NCBI GenBank assembly: GCA_964016885.1
Contig: OZ024743.1
Span: 218,116,001 to 218,180,000, forward strand
Length of the DNA: 64,000 bases
Direction: 5' to 3'
From: Eledone cirrhosa
Taxonomy: Eukaryota
Under the pieces are notes generated by a model. The model was given only the letters and a program-made list of their open reading frames with translations, had not been told where the DNA came from and searched no databases. This document shows, piece after piece, positions 14,517 to 28,049 of this stretch (its first letter is position 1; every line of letters begins with the position of its first letter). The translations under genes were made by a program, and so were the position numbers.

Positions 14517-14732
14517 TATATATAATGACCTCCACCCACCCCAATCACCACCCTCTCCGACCACCAGAAAAGATATAAATACCACCATATTACTTGGACA
14601 GTCGGCTTCCTGATGATTTCTCCCGAATGAAACGGTTCTAGCCCTATAGAAGCCTTTTCTATATTAAATATATATATATGTGTGTGTTTGTGTGTGTGTA
14701 TATATATATATATGTATGTATGTTTGTTTGTG

Positions 14733-14800
<68 letters not shown>

Positions 14801-14867
14801 ATTGCATGCATACATGCATACATACATACATACATACATACATACATACATACATACATACATACAC

Positions 14868-16268
14868 AGATATCTTGGACAGGATGAGAATGTCAGATAT
14901 GATGGACCCATAAATAAGGAGAGAACCAGAACTGAATACCTCAGAAGAGTAAAAAAAATATGGTCATCAGAACTGTCAGCATACAACAAATACATTGCCC
15001 ACAATACCTATGCTGTGCCAATTATAACGCCAACATTTGGCCTACTGAACTGGTCATTGCAAGAACTAAGTGAGATGGATGTTAGAACTCGTAAACTTCT
15101 CAGTGTTACTGGGAACTTTAACATCAATGGTGATGTGGATAGGCTATACTTCTCACGCAAGGAAGGTGGCCGGGGTCTAAAATCAATATTAACAACATAT
15201 GAGACCCGGATAGTAACACTGAAGCAACACCTTCAACAGAGGAAAAAGGTTGGCGACCATCTTGCTCAGGTTTATGAGCATGAAAAAAGAAATATCATTA
15301 GAATAGCGACTGATCTGGAGGAGAGATATGGAATAAAGCCTGATATAAATCTCTCACCCAGAGAAATCGGAAGATCCTATTCAATGTTCAAACAAGAAAA
15401 AAAAATTGACCAATTTACAGAGAAAGTTGTGCATGGATACTTGAGGCGTAAAACACAGACCATAGAGGGGATAAACCACTCAAAAAGCCTGGCATGGAGT
15501 TCCGACAAGTTTATGACATCACACCTTGAGGGATATCTCTATGCAATACAGGAACAAGAACTCCCTACCAAATATCTGCTGCACAAAAGAGGAGGGCCAG
15601 CAGCTGACAATAAATGTAGGCTATGTAAAACAAAGATCGAGGATGTAAGCCACATTGTTGCCAGCTGCGAAAGAATGTCATCTCGCTACTACCTCCCCAT
15701 GAGACACGATGGGATAGCTAGAACTATCTGGAACGCACTTCGGAAAACAAAATTAACAACAAACGAGGAAGAATATATTGAGACAGATGGCACTAAGGAA
15801 TACTGGTGGAACCTGAAAATAAAAACTGCCACCAAATTAAAGCACAACCGGCCTGATATTGTAGTTTGGGACCACACATTGAAAACGTGTTCTGTTGTGG
15901 AGATCAGCTGCCCACTTGATGTAAACGTTGTCAGAAAAATACAGGAGAAGGAGGACATCTACGGACCATTGATGAGGAGCTTACAAATCCAGTATCCAAG
16001 ATACACCTTTAGCTTCATACCCATCATTATTGGTGCTACGGGTTATATACCAACCCGCTTGGACCAAAGTATGACCGAACTTGGATTTGCGGACAAAAAG
16101 CGCAGCTCCCTAATTCATAGTCTACAAATGGCTGCGATAGCTGGCACCTTCAAAATATGCAAAACATTCTTGCGATTCAAGGGATGACAATTTCTTTTCT
16201 TTTACAACCTTGCCACCAGGAAGGTGGCCGGTCAAAAAAATATACTCGAAATTAAGAGAAAGAGAAAA
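14868..16268 (+). mobile_element. 5'-truncated R4/Dong-clade RLE non-LTR retrotransposon with an uninterrupted ORF (stop 16187) and short 3' UTR, inserted in (CATA)n
   Basis: YLG (end of RT), RKEGGRGL, AIQEQ, CRLC..E...HI...C zinc motif, RHD and PDIVVWD..VVEISCP restriction-like endonuclease. (CATA)n flanks both sides. Confidence 0.92.
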
Positions 16269-16346
16269 CATACATACATGCATACATACATACATACATA
16301 CATACATACATACATACATACATACATACATACATACATACATACA

Positions 16347-16952
16347 TGGTGGCTGCCAACTCGTTTTCGAGTACGGTCACTACTTTATATCCATGTAGGA
16401 GAACTCCTACCGATGCGCTGAACGAGTGTGACCTTTTAGTCCAGCGAGCGACTTGAAAACTCTGGTACAAACACTACACTTGTGACAATTATTTACACAT
16501 AGTGCTAGGCCCATGGTACCATGTGACGACAAGTGCAGAGAGATCTCCAGATATAAAGCAATGCCTGTGCCGTGAAGCTTTTATAGTGAGCAAAGGCACT
16601 GCACAAAGCCAGTCCCACTCTCTTAACCAGGATGATATTTACCAAAAAGAAGAACAAGTCAACATCATTGGATACCATCAGAGTTGCAGGTGTTATATCA
16701 GAGTTTTCCTTCTCCTAGAATTCTGCCTTGACAAAGGCTAAGGGGTCATCTCTCCCGGTGATTTTGGATGGCCATTGACTCTTAAGAGCTCCTTTGCCCT
16801 TTGACAGGTTTTGTTTTTAGACCTGCAGGATGTCCAGAGTCACCCTCCTCACCAGGAAACCTTGGTGGGTTGCCAGTTTAGTCGCCAACGACCCGACCAT
16901 GGGACAGGTTGTACTGGAATACATGTTACCAGTAGCACCAAGTGGTGACCTG
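16347..16952 (-). mobile_element. Probable RTE-clade 5' UTR fragment between (CATA)n tracts
   Basis: The minus strand has CTAGGAGAAGGAAAACTCTGA and GGCGACTAAACTGGCAACC, which resemble RTE/BovB 5' UTRs from recall. No ORF. Confidence 0.45.
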
Positions 16953-17351
16953 ACATACATACATACATACATACATATATGGCTCCTCTCTTCAATTTCT
17001 CTTCTTCTTTCTTTCCTTCTTCCTGTACAAGATACATAAGTACTAGAGTTGATATGATCGATTAAACACCTTGAAGGCAGTAACCTATCATGACTGCAGT
17101 CTAATGATTGGGATCAGAAAAATATTTTTAAATATATAAGAAGAGATGTACCAACATAAGCTCTTTTATATTCCTCTTTTACTCATTCATCTACTCGTTT
17201 CAGTCATTTGATTGTGGCCAAACCGGGGCATTGATTTAATCGATCGTATCGCTACTAGTGTTTAATATTTCATGTCGGTATTTATTTTATTGATATCGTT
17301 TTTTTATCGAGCCCTTACGTTACGGAATATAAACACAGATAAAGCCAGAAT

Positions 17352-17426
<75 letters not shown>

Positions 17427-17717
17427 ACACACACATATATATATATACACACATGCACACATACACACACATACACTCACACACATATATACGAATTTCT
17501 GAAATTACCATCTACCAAATTTCAATCACAACCCATTCGTAAACCTGGCGCTATAGTAGAAGAACCTTGCCCAAGTTGGTGCACCTCGGAACTGAACCCA
17601 GAAATTCATGGTTGCGACCGAACCCCTAAATCACGAAGCCAACCCTGTACCTATTTGAACAAGTTTCAATATATTTTAAATTATGTTTGAAAAATCTGTA
17701 TCGAGGATTTTTTCTTT

Positions 17718-18126
17718 TACGCGGCCGGTGCATAGGAAATATCATTAAAGCGTCGGATAGAATACTTTACAATATTCCTTCCGATACTCTTCGTTCTAAG
17801 TTCAAATCCCACAAAGGCCAGCTTTGCATTTCCCCTTTCTGGGGGTCAATAAAAAAAAAGTGCCAGCCTTTCCCCTAAAAATTGGTGGCCTTATACCTAA
17901 ATGAAGAACCATTTTTTGTCTTACAAGAGTGGTGGATTGGCCGTATCGGTAAAGCATCGTACAACATACAGTTACGGTGCTTTACGCTCTAAATCGAAAT
18001 CCCGTCGAGGTTAGCTTTGCCTTTTATCTTTACGGGGTAAGTACCAGTAATACGCTGGGGTCGATTTAATCGACTTAGCCCTCCCCCAAAAAATCGTTGG
18101 CCTTGTTCTTAAATCAGAAACCATTC
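17718..18126 (+). mobile_element. Two older tandem copies of the dominant SINE
   Basis: AAGTTCAAATCCC..CTTTGCATTT.. and ATCGAAATCCCGTCGAGGTTAGCTTTGCCTTT..; both end in AGAA(A)CCATT. Confidence 0.75.
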
Positions 18127-18679
18127 AGTATTAGTAAAAGAATTTTGAGTAAAAAAGTTCGATTACAGGCATTTGTAATCAGCACAACTACTGTATTTTC
18201 AATTGGCTCTTCATTTTATGAAATAGATATTGAACTAGCAGCTAACACTATTCGATAATCTTCAAATTGTCTTTCGCGTCATACGATTAGTGGCTGGACT
18301 TCCTCTAACATTTCAACAAATTGAACATTATCGAATGAAAAGATGTGGCGTCTGTCACAAACTGGCTGCTAAAGGAAATAAGACCGCCGAGTGCTTATTA
18401 CGTGCAGAGAACGGAAATTACAGAAATTAGAGATTGCAGTGACTTACACATATATTTTAAAACATTAAAGAAAAAGGAAATGAGGAAAATGTTCGATGAT
18501 TCACTGATAGTATTTCTTAAGACGTAAAAACCAATGATAGATGCTAGATCAACATATCTGTTTATTTGAGAGTGTACGAGTATGTTTACGGTATATATGT
18601 CTCGAACACATACATGCATACACATACACACACAAACACACGCACAAACATGCACATACATACACAGACACGCGCAAAG

Positions 18680-18757
<78 letters not shown>

Positions 18758-20654
18758 ATGCATGAATAAGAAATAGTTAAACAGAAGAGGTATACGTGGA
18801 GACAGATGATTCAAACTATGGATAAGGCATGGAGAAAAACCTTACCAATATAGATATTATTTTAGTTGCATTTATATTTTAGATTTCATAATTTTTATTT
18901 TTATTTCCTACTTTATTTCAATGACAAGAAAATGTTAAAAAATGAAATTATTAAACCGAAAAACAAATAAAAATTAAGTTATATCCTTATCTTGTTGAAG
19001 AATGTCAGACAATCGCTTATCTACTCATACACGTCCAAATTTGGGTGTTGTCTACTTGTGGGCTATATTAATACCTCAAGATCGAAGGACCATCAAGCCG
19101 GGACTTATCCTAGTTTCATAGGCATTAAGCAACTGAGAACCGGTCCATCACAAGTTCAACTCGCAGTCGCTGCTGGTATTCATTGACTGGAGCAACATGA
19201 AATGCAGTGGTTTGCTCAGGAATATAACTGGCTATCCGGTACAGAAATCAAAGCCACAAAAATGTGATTGCAAAACTAACATCCTAATCTCTTGGCTGCT
19301 ATAATATGCCCAATATGCTGCTTTATTGATACCTTCATTAAATGTCCATTCCTGTATTTCAGAAGCTACTGAAGCCAAGGATGTCCTTTTTTTATCTATC
19401 AATGCCTGTCAAGCAAAATAAAATAAAATTTACTATCTTCTCTTTTGATCGTTTGACATTTAGCTTTCTTGTTTTGATTTTCCAGCATTTAGCTTTCATT
19501 GCAAATTATTTAGAAATTCAGTATGCAACCCAACTCTACCGGGTAAACTAATGAGTCAGTTTGAGAGAAGGCTCTAACTAATCATTTGAACTGTTAGAAA
19601 CAGCAACTAAATTTCTCTCTATTTACACTTTACCGTTTTTAAAAAATGCACATTTGATGACAACTAGGTGAACTGTGAAGGCGCGTGGCTAAATGGATAG
19701 AGAGTTGGGTTTGCAATCGTGAGGTTGCGAGTTCAATTCTCGGACCAGGTGATGCGTTGTGTCCTTGAGCAAGACACTTTATATCACATTGTTTTTTCTG
19801 ACAGCAATGCGACCGGTTGATAGTATCAGCAATGGAAAGACCAATGGAAACATTGTTTCCTTAGTCCTATTTGACGAGTTCCAACCCAATCTTGTCGATC
19901 GATCAGAGCGAGGAGAGCTGTGGTTTATACGAAAATCAGAATCAGTTAAACCAAAACCTAAATGCAATAAAATACGTTTTCGTACATTAATACAAAGCAA
20001 AGTGGTTGTGTGCAAATATTGATGACGATAATTGTTAGTTATACAAATCGTATTCCAATATTGACACTGATACACACATGACAAAACAACCCTTTGCTTT
20101 AATCGTCAACATTTTGGTCCAATACTTCCCGATGCTATACTTGTTTGTACACTAGTTTTAAAATATAAACTACAATGAATAAAAATTGAGAAAATTATAA
20201 ATAGTTACCTCCGCAAAAATATTAAAGAAAATTCACAAACTTAAATGAATTTGAATTCCGTGGGAATTTATCAATTTTAAATATTCCGATGCAGCCTCTC
20301 TTTAGATAAAATATTTTTTTCTCGGGGGCAAAGAACTTCCTGATATATTAAATATATAGACCACCCTTCAGAAAGGTTATTTTCCTTGCCATGAGATACA
20401 TGAATCCTAATATTTTGGGAATTAACTGGAATATATTTGCTATGCTTTACTGGATTAAAAATTGAATCTGAGTAAATATTTCGAGGTTACAGGATAAGAT
20501 TTTATACAGTCCCCGTCAAACAAATTCCTTCCACAAGGTAATGATTAAACAGATGTTATAGCAGATAACACTTGCCCATGATAGCACGCAGTGAAACCGA
20601 GTCCAGATTCACGTAGCATATGAAGAAGACTTCTGAAATATACAGCCATACCTG

Positions 20655-21154
20655 CAGGGCAGGATTTAATGGAGAGCAAAGGGGAAATTGCCCCGGAACC
20701 ACGCAGCGGGAGGCCCCTACCAGCCGTAGCAATTTATTTGTGCCGTCTGCTGGGCTTTTTAGTTTTATCCCTTTGACAACGAGAACTATATTTTTAACAA
20801 ACAGTATTAGTGTTCTTATTTTGGCAAAATTTATCAAATTTTCTCAACTTTAGAGACATCATATGTAATGTATGAGCAAGAAATAGGTCGCTCCGATATG
20901 CCTTGTCTCGGACTGCGACAACCTGACCAGCACATGCCAGTGTAGAAAGTGGGTGTAAAATGAGAATGGTTAGAATTTTTTAATTTAATACCTGTATGTA
21001 TAGCAATTCAATTCCAATTACTTGCGGGAGCCGACTTTGATATGTAACACTAGGGGTCTGGTGTATATTCTAAATTTTGTGTATGAGGAGCCTCCAAACA
21101 TGAAGTGCTCGTCTCACTTCACCCCCACCCCCATTAGGCCTAAATCCGGCCCTG
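20655..21154. mobile_element. hAT-type MITE (500 bp)
   Basis: TIRs CAGGGCAGGATTTA / TAAATCCGGCCCTG. 8-bp TSD CATACCTG / AATACCTG (7 of 8 match). Confidence 0.8.
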
Positions 21155-21743
21155 AATACCTGCGCCTATGATTGTATTATTGCAACAAATTACTATTGTA
21201 CTTTCCCTTTATATTACCCTCATTGTTTATTTCCGTTAAACAATTATGATCATACTGTAAAAAAACATTTGCTTCTGGCTGTAGTTGATGTTGGTTTGTT
21301 TGTTTTTGTTTTCGGAAAAGAAAAAAAGTAAAACTAGAGAAAACAAACAACGGCCGACGCATAAGAAGATAGCAGTTGTAGCGGTTGTCTCCCTTGTTTT
21401 GATTAGGATCTAGACGGGAAGTGGAACCCTTTCTGCAACTTCCGGTCAGAGCCCTATAAAACTAACAACTTTGGGCTTCCTCTCTCTCTTTGCCTTTTCG
21501 GCACCAGGTCAAGAGTCTTCTCATTTGGCTCTGCCATTAATTTGGCCAACAGGCGCCTGGCCTTAGCCAGGCGCCCTCTGCCAGCCGCGTTTGCCTGGCA
21601 ATCAAAACGGTAACTACTAACTTTGTTTCATTCTAACATCTATCTTTGACATGTCAAGTATTCTATCTACCGTTAATTAAATATTATATACACAAACATT
21701 GTCTCGTTTTGTTACATTCATGCAACCAGTTATCCCGCTATAT

Positions 21744-21761
21744 TGGTAACCCTGACGTGAT
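21744..21761 (+). promoter_or_regulatory. Primer-binding site complementary to tRNA-Trp
   Basis: TGGTAACCCTGACGTGAT versus the recalled tRNA-Trp complement TGGTGACCCCGACGTGAT (16 of 18), 1 nt after the 5' LTR. Confidence 0.8.
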
Positions 21762-23042
21762 ACGAACACGCAGCCGTTCATCGCTATAAGTGGTCACCCC
21801 CAAAAAAAGAAAAAAATAGCACATCTGGTTTTGTTAGTAACATTACGAATACACGGCAAATTTAGCGACAAACTATGAAAATACTCAAGGACACGCACAC
21901 ACGCACATGTGGAATTCGCACAGACATACTTTTTCTCTCACGCATCAATTAACTGTCGCATTTCACCAATATATATATATATGTTTCTCGTTTCTTACAA
22001 CGAACACTTTCAAAACAAAAAAAACATTTCACGATATATATATATGTTTCTCGTTTCTTACAACGAACTCTTTCAGAACACAAAAAAAAAGAAATTTGAT
22101 ATTCTTTAAAAAACATTTCAACAGGAACATTTATTTTCGATGAACCATTGCCTTTTGTTCATCGTTCTAGTTTTTTGTTTTTTTCCAGAGTTCACACCAA
22201 TAATTATGCTGAGTGAAGCCTTTCTTTTTCATCATTGTCACTTTCAAAATTGCACTATCATTTTCTCGCGCGTTAGAAATATTTTTTTTTCAACCTTGTA
22301 TTGGCACGTGTAGGCAGCATAAATTCTCGATTCACTGAGATGTCTCTTCTCACAGACAGCCGCACGCCATTTATCACCAGGGATTCTTCAGCCTTAAGCT
22401 ATATTCTTCTATTTGCCGGTTTATAAATTTACAATGTAAATTTACCGTTGATAACCGCGCATTTATTGGGAATGCTTATTTCTCTGGTCGCTGGCCTCTT
22501 GACCCTTCCAGGTCAACGCATTCTCGACATCGACCATCAACTTCGGCTGCTATTTCTAGCACTTTGCGCAACTCATTTTTTTCTAAAAAAAAAAAAAATT
22601 TTTTACTGTGAATTTAAACACCGAATACGCTCACTCAGCGAGACAACAGCAGCAGCAACACCAAAGCCAGAGAATTCATTTTTGCAGCACTCTTCCTGTG
22701 AGAAAATCCATTCGGAGGTTGGAAATTTCACGATATACCACAGAACAGAAACCACCTGCATTCATTCTCTGGAACACACTTTCTTTCCAGCTGTCATGTG
22801 ATTGCACACCTGTGAACTATATTTTGAACTTTGAGCTCTTCTATTACTTTTACTTTATTACATTGTATCTTTGGGTGATGGATAGATGGATGTCCAGTCG
22901 TTCTCTGGCCAAGAGCGGTTGGCTACCTTGATATCTATCATTGATTTTTCCAAACATTCTTTTGTCGTAATTTTCATGCCTGTTACAACATTCTCGCCAA
23001 CTTGCTACATATTTTCATTTCGATTTTTATACACTAAAATTC

Positions 23043-23055
23043 TGGCGGGAGGTTA
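23043..23055 (+). promoter_or_regulatory. Polypurine tract before the 3' LTR
   Basis: TGGCGGGAGGTTA directly precedes TGTAGCGG. Confidence 0.65.
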
Positions 23056-24043
23056 TGTAGCGGTTGTCTCCCTTGTTTTGATTAGGATCTAGACGGGAAG
23101 TGGAACCCTTTCTGCAACTTCCGGTCAGAGCCCTATAAAACTAACAACTTTGGGCTTCCTCTCTCTCTTTGCCTTTTCGGCACCAGGTCAAGAGTCTTCT
23201 CATTTGGCTCTGCCATTAATTTGGCCAACAGGCGCCTGGCCTTAGCCAGGCGCCCTCTGCCAGCCGCGTTTGCCTGGCAATCAAAACGGTAACTACTAAC
23301 TTTGTTTCATTCTAACATCTATCTTTGACATGTCAAGTATTCTATCTACCGTTAATTAAATATTATATACACAAACATTGTCTCGTTTTGTTACATTCAT
23401 GCAACCAGTTATCCCGCTATACAGTCAATAAAATCTGGCAAATATAGCATAAATAGTCTAGGTCGCCCCAGGAAATAAATGTTTAGATATTTGGAGAGCC
23501 AGGCTTAAGTTTGTAGGAAGAAAACTCGTTTCATGTCAGTTAATATTGTTTCCAATGGTTTGTATATTTGAGGTGAGGTGTCAGCGTAGAAAATGGCAAG
23601 AGGGAAGAATTGTTTCAAATGTGTTTAACGGGGTTTTATTTACATTTACGTCTTCTCGTGTTTAAAAAAACGAAGATAAATTAACCTTCAGATACTATTT
23701 ACTGTTTTATTTTTATTTCCAAATGTATTTTTCTTTACTGCGATTATTGTTCTAGCATTGCAAAACAAGGCATTTATTTTCTCGACTTGGAAATTTTAGT
23801 TATATTCGTAGTTTGTTAGGAACTTTTCTTTCTAAAATACTATTGTAATCTTCTTTGAATCTTTTTAAAGATTGAATAAAATATTGATATTCTTTCTAAA
23901 GTGGAACTGCATCAAACAATTTTCAGAATGCTTGAAACATGTGATTCAGAAATGTACAAAACCAAATAAACAGTTCTATATAAGTATAAATATTTAAACA
24001 TGAACATATATATACATATGTGACATGTAGCTATGTGTTTATG

Positions 24044-24084
<41 letters not shown>

Positions 24085-24142
24085 TCATGCGTGTGTGTGT
24101 GTGTGTGTATGTGCTTGCGTGTGTGCATATGTGTGTGCCTAC

Positions 24143-24188
<46 letters not shown>

Positions 24189-24375
24189 GCATATATTGAT
24201 ATACACATGTAAATAATCCTACACGCGTAAACAAAATATCATATATGTCTCTTTCGCTCCCTCTGTCGCTGTTTATCACTCACTCTCTTTCTCACACTCT
24301 CTCTCTCTCACTCTCTCTCTCCTTCGCTCTCTCACTTTCATTCTCTCTCCCTCTCTCTCTCTGTCTCTTTCTAGG

Positions 24376-24429
<54 letters not shown>

Positions 24430-24981
24430 CGTGTGTGTGTCTGTGTGTGTGTGTGTGTGTGTGTGCGTGCGAGTAAGTGTGTATGTGGGTGCGTGTGTGT
24501 GGGTGGGTGCGTGTGTGTGGGTAGGTGCGTGCGTCTCTGTGTGCATAAATTCGTGTTTGCTAATGTGAGTGTGTGTGTGAATGTGTATATATGATATATA
24601 GACGAGAGCGTGAGGAAATGAGAGAGTATGTCAATGTGTATATGTGATGTATACACGAGTGTGTGAGTAAATGAGAGAATGTCTGTATGTGTATATGTGA
24701 TGTATACACGAGACTGTGAGTAAATTAGGGTGTGTGTGAATGTGTATATGTTATGTATAGATGAGAGTGTGCGTGCAAATGTCTATATGTTATGTATACA
24801 GGAGAGTGTGATTACTTATGAATCAGTGTAGCGTTTTATAGAAAAAACTGTAATTCCCAAATAACGCTATTAAGATGCCCCCGGAGTTGAATATATACAT
24901 ACAAGCATGTTTACTTTAGTTTTCTATTTTTAATTTTATTTCAATGTATTTTAAGTCGAGACACTAAATTCGAGATTATAT

Positions 24982-25332
<351 letters not shown>

Positions 25333-25337
25333 GTATA

Positions 25338-25437
<100 letters not shown>

Positions 25438-25514
25438 CATACATACACACATATATATATATATATATATTAATTCAAAATATTAACAAAAATAGACATT
25501 CGTATGATCAAGTA

Positions 25515-25583
25515 TATTTTATTATACATATTTCAGAGGTACTGAGCAGTATCTTCAACAGTACGTCCTCATCAGATAAAATA
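25515..25583 (-). ncRNA. Minimal type I hammerhead motif (TATTTTAT family)
   Basis: Minus strand UAUUUUAU-CUGAUGA-GGACGUACUG..CAGUACCUCU-GAAA-UAUGUA-UA-AUAAAAUA. It lies in unit 25470-25615, homologous to 35800-35945. Confidence 0.8.
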
Positions 25584-25732
25584 AGATGATGCATGACATA
25601 CCCTGACTTAGTAGATGGTTAAGATTCAGTCATGGTAGTGAATAAGATATGACAAAACTCAATATTTATATACCTTAAGATTGAGACATGAAAAAATGTA
25701 CATATAATACAGAGCGTACGTGTGAGAAATCT

Positions 25733-26775
25733 TTAAAATACTCCCCACAGCGGCGTACAAAAATGGAACATTACAAGACGTGACGGCGGAGGTTTTACAT
25801 AAAAATCATATGCAATTAATAAATAACAATAAACTATACATAGAATAAAATAACAATCGAAATCCCTAATAGGGGAGGGAACGTTCCTGTGGGGTTGTTT
25901 TACATCCCGTGAATAGAAGATAGATAGATAGATTTCTTTATTTGCCACAAGGGCGCACAAAAAAGGGACAATACAAAGACATGCCGAGGATTTTACATAG
26001 AGTCGTGTAAAAATATTGAAACAAACAATTATAAAAATCGAAATCCCCAATAGGGGGGAGGCGCCACAAATGGGTTGTTTAATACCCCGTCGATAAAACA
26101 ACCCTAATCAACTTCAGGAGCGATAGTCAGATACATAGATATGTTTCTTTTATTTGCCACCAGGGCATCAAAAGTGGGACAAGTACAATGGGGGGAGTTT
26201 ACACAAAATATAAAAATAACAAAATATAAAAATAACAAAATATAAAAATAACAAAATATAAAAATTAAATAAAATATAACAAAGAATAAAATTTATAACA
26301 AAATCCTCAATAGAGAGGAGGCGCCTTGGGGGTCGCACACACCCCCGAAAAAAGTGTGCAACCCTTCTCCTCAGGAGCACAGAGAGGGGGTGCTCCCTCG
26401 TTCCTTCCTCTTTTCCACCTACAGGCTTATGTAAAGAGAAGGCCCATTCACACGGGCCATTCTCGCCACTTTCACCCATCTTTCATAAAAACGACTGGGG
26501 TGGAGCACCTCTCTCTCCATCCTGATCCTTCTTCCGAAATGATATCGGAAGAAACGGACCAGTTGTTGGCCAGAGAGAAAGGTGCCTGACCTCAGTCCTT
26601 TCAGACGCGTCCACCATACAACTTCTTTCACCATGGCTATTATGCACAGAAACACCGCCTTTCCTTCATCTTTGAAGGGGGGAGGCGGCTTGATCATTAC
26701 AATAGACTCGGTGGTCAACCGGATCGGTCCCACCCTTGACAGCAGTTGTTCGACATAGCCCCACAGATCGGCTAC
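25733..26775 (-). mobile_element. Three stacked 5'-truncated Tx1-like 3' ends separated by GATA repeats
   Basis: Related but diverged 3' UTRs at about 25733-25918, 25932-26120 and 26138-26775. The last includes an ORF2 C-terminus (LWGYVEQLL..KEVVWWTRLK..FYERW). Confidence 0.82.
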
Positions 26776-27060
26776 ATAGGATAGATACATAGTGTGGAAT
26801 CTTGGAAGCAGACAACGAAATAGACTGAAATACAAAACTTTATAGAACGAAAGAAGAAAGAAACAAAGAAAGAGAGATGGAAATATTGTAGAAAGAAGAA
26901 AAGAATTTTGGAATTGTTGAAAGTTGCATGGAAATATAGAAAATAAGTTAAAAGTTGAAAGTATGTACGTGTTTATGGAGAAAAGTATCTGAGCATTACA
27001 TTACTTTACATTACCTCATATAAAGTGTCTATGAGTTTCAGTATCTCTTTATATATGTAT

Positions 27061-27347
27061 GTATGTTCTTCTGGTTTTATAATTTCACAAATTTTTTGCC
27101 AATAGAGAGAGAGTCGGTTTATAATATAGACACAAGACTCTCTCATTGGAATTTACACAACATCAACTAGGTAGATATGTATGCATGTCTGCAAGCATGC
27201 ATGTATGTAGGTTAGTATGTATGTTTGAGTGTATATGTTCTTATGGTTTTATAATTTCACAATTTTTTTCCCAATAGAGAGAGAGTCATTTTCTAATAGA
27301 GACACAAGACTCTCTCATTGGAATTTACACAACATCAACTAGGTAGA
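27061..27347. repeat. Diverged tandem duplication of ~115 bp
   Basis: TATGTTCTT..GGTTTTATAATTTCACAA..GACACAAGACTCTCTCATTGGAATTTACACAACATCAACTAGGTAGAT at about 27062 and 27234. Confidence 0.88.
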
Positions 27348-27885
27348 TTATGTACGCATGCATGTGTAGATATGGATGTTATTGTATGTGTGGATGTATG
27401 TATATATGTATGTATGTATGTTTGTATGTATGTATGCATGCATGTATGTTTGTATGTATGTATTATGTATGTATGCATGTATGTTTGTATGTTTGTATGT
27501 ATGTTTGTATGTATGTATGTTTGTATGCTTGTATTATGTATGCATGTATGCTTGTATGTATGTATGTATGTATGTATGTATGTATGTATGTATGCATGCA
27601 TGTATGCATGTATTTATTTATATAAATGTATGTATCTATGTATGTATGTATGTATGCATGTACGTATGTATATACATGTGTATGTATGTATGTATGCATG
27701 TACGTATGTATATACATGTGTATGTATGTATGCATTATGTATGTATGTATGTACATATGTATGTACGTCCATATATTTATATAGGAGCGAATACTGAATA
27801 TGAGAATTTGTGAGTGTGTATACATATATATATATATATGAGTGTGTGTATGTGTGTGTGTATTTGTATGTATGTATGTATATAT

Positions 27886-28049
<164 letters not shown>

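Larger units (their letters stand above)
21377..23421 (+). mobile_element. Complete non-autonomous LTR retrotransposon (TRIM-like, probably Gypsy-dependent)
   Basis: 366-bp LTRs at 21377-21742 and 23056-23421, TGTAGCGG...CCGCTATA. TSD CAGT at 21373-21376 and 23422-23425. PBS and PPT present; no gag/pol ORF. Confidence 0.93.

Noticed and set aside
14802-14867. N-terminal extension of the 461-aa ORF
   Set aside because: It is flanking (CATA)n read in frame. The element is 5'-truncated and lacks most of RT, so it is not an autonomous gene.
16873-16917. HDV-like ribozyme in the RTE-like 5' UTR (minus strand CCAGU...GG-UCG..CGA-CUAA-ACUGG)
   Set aside because: P2, P4 and J4/2 can be drawn, but L3 is only 3 nt and no P1 partner is found. 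At best it is a decayed relic.
21377-21742. LTR element as a retrozyme
   Set aside because: No CUGANGA/GAAA hammerhead layout was found on either strand of the LTR.
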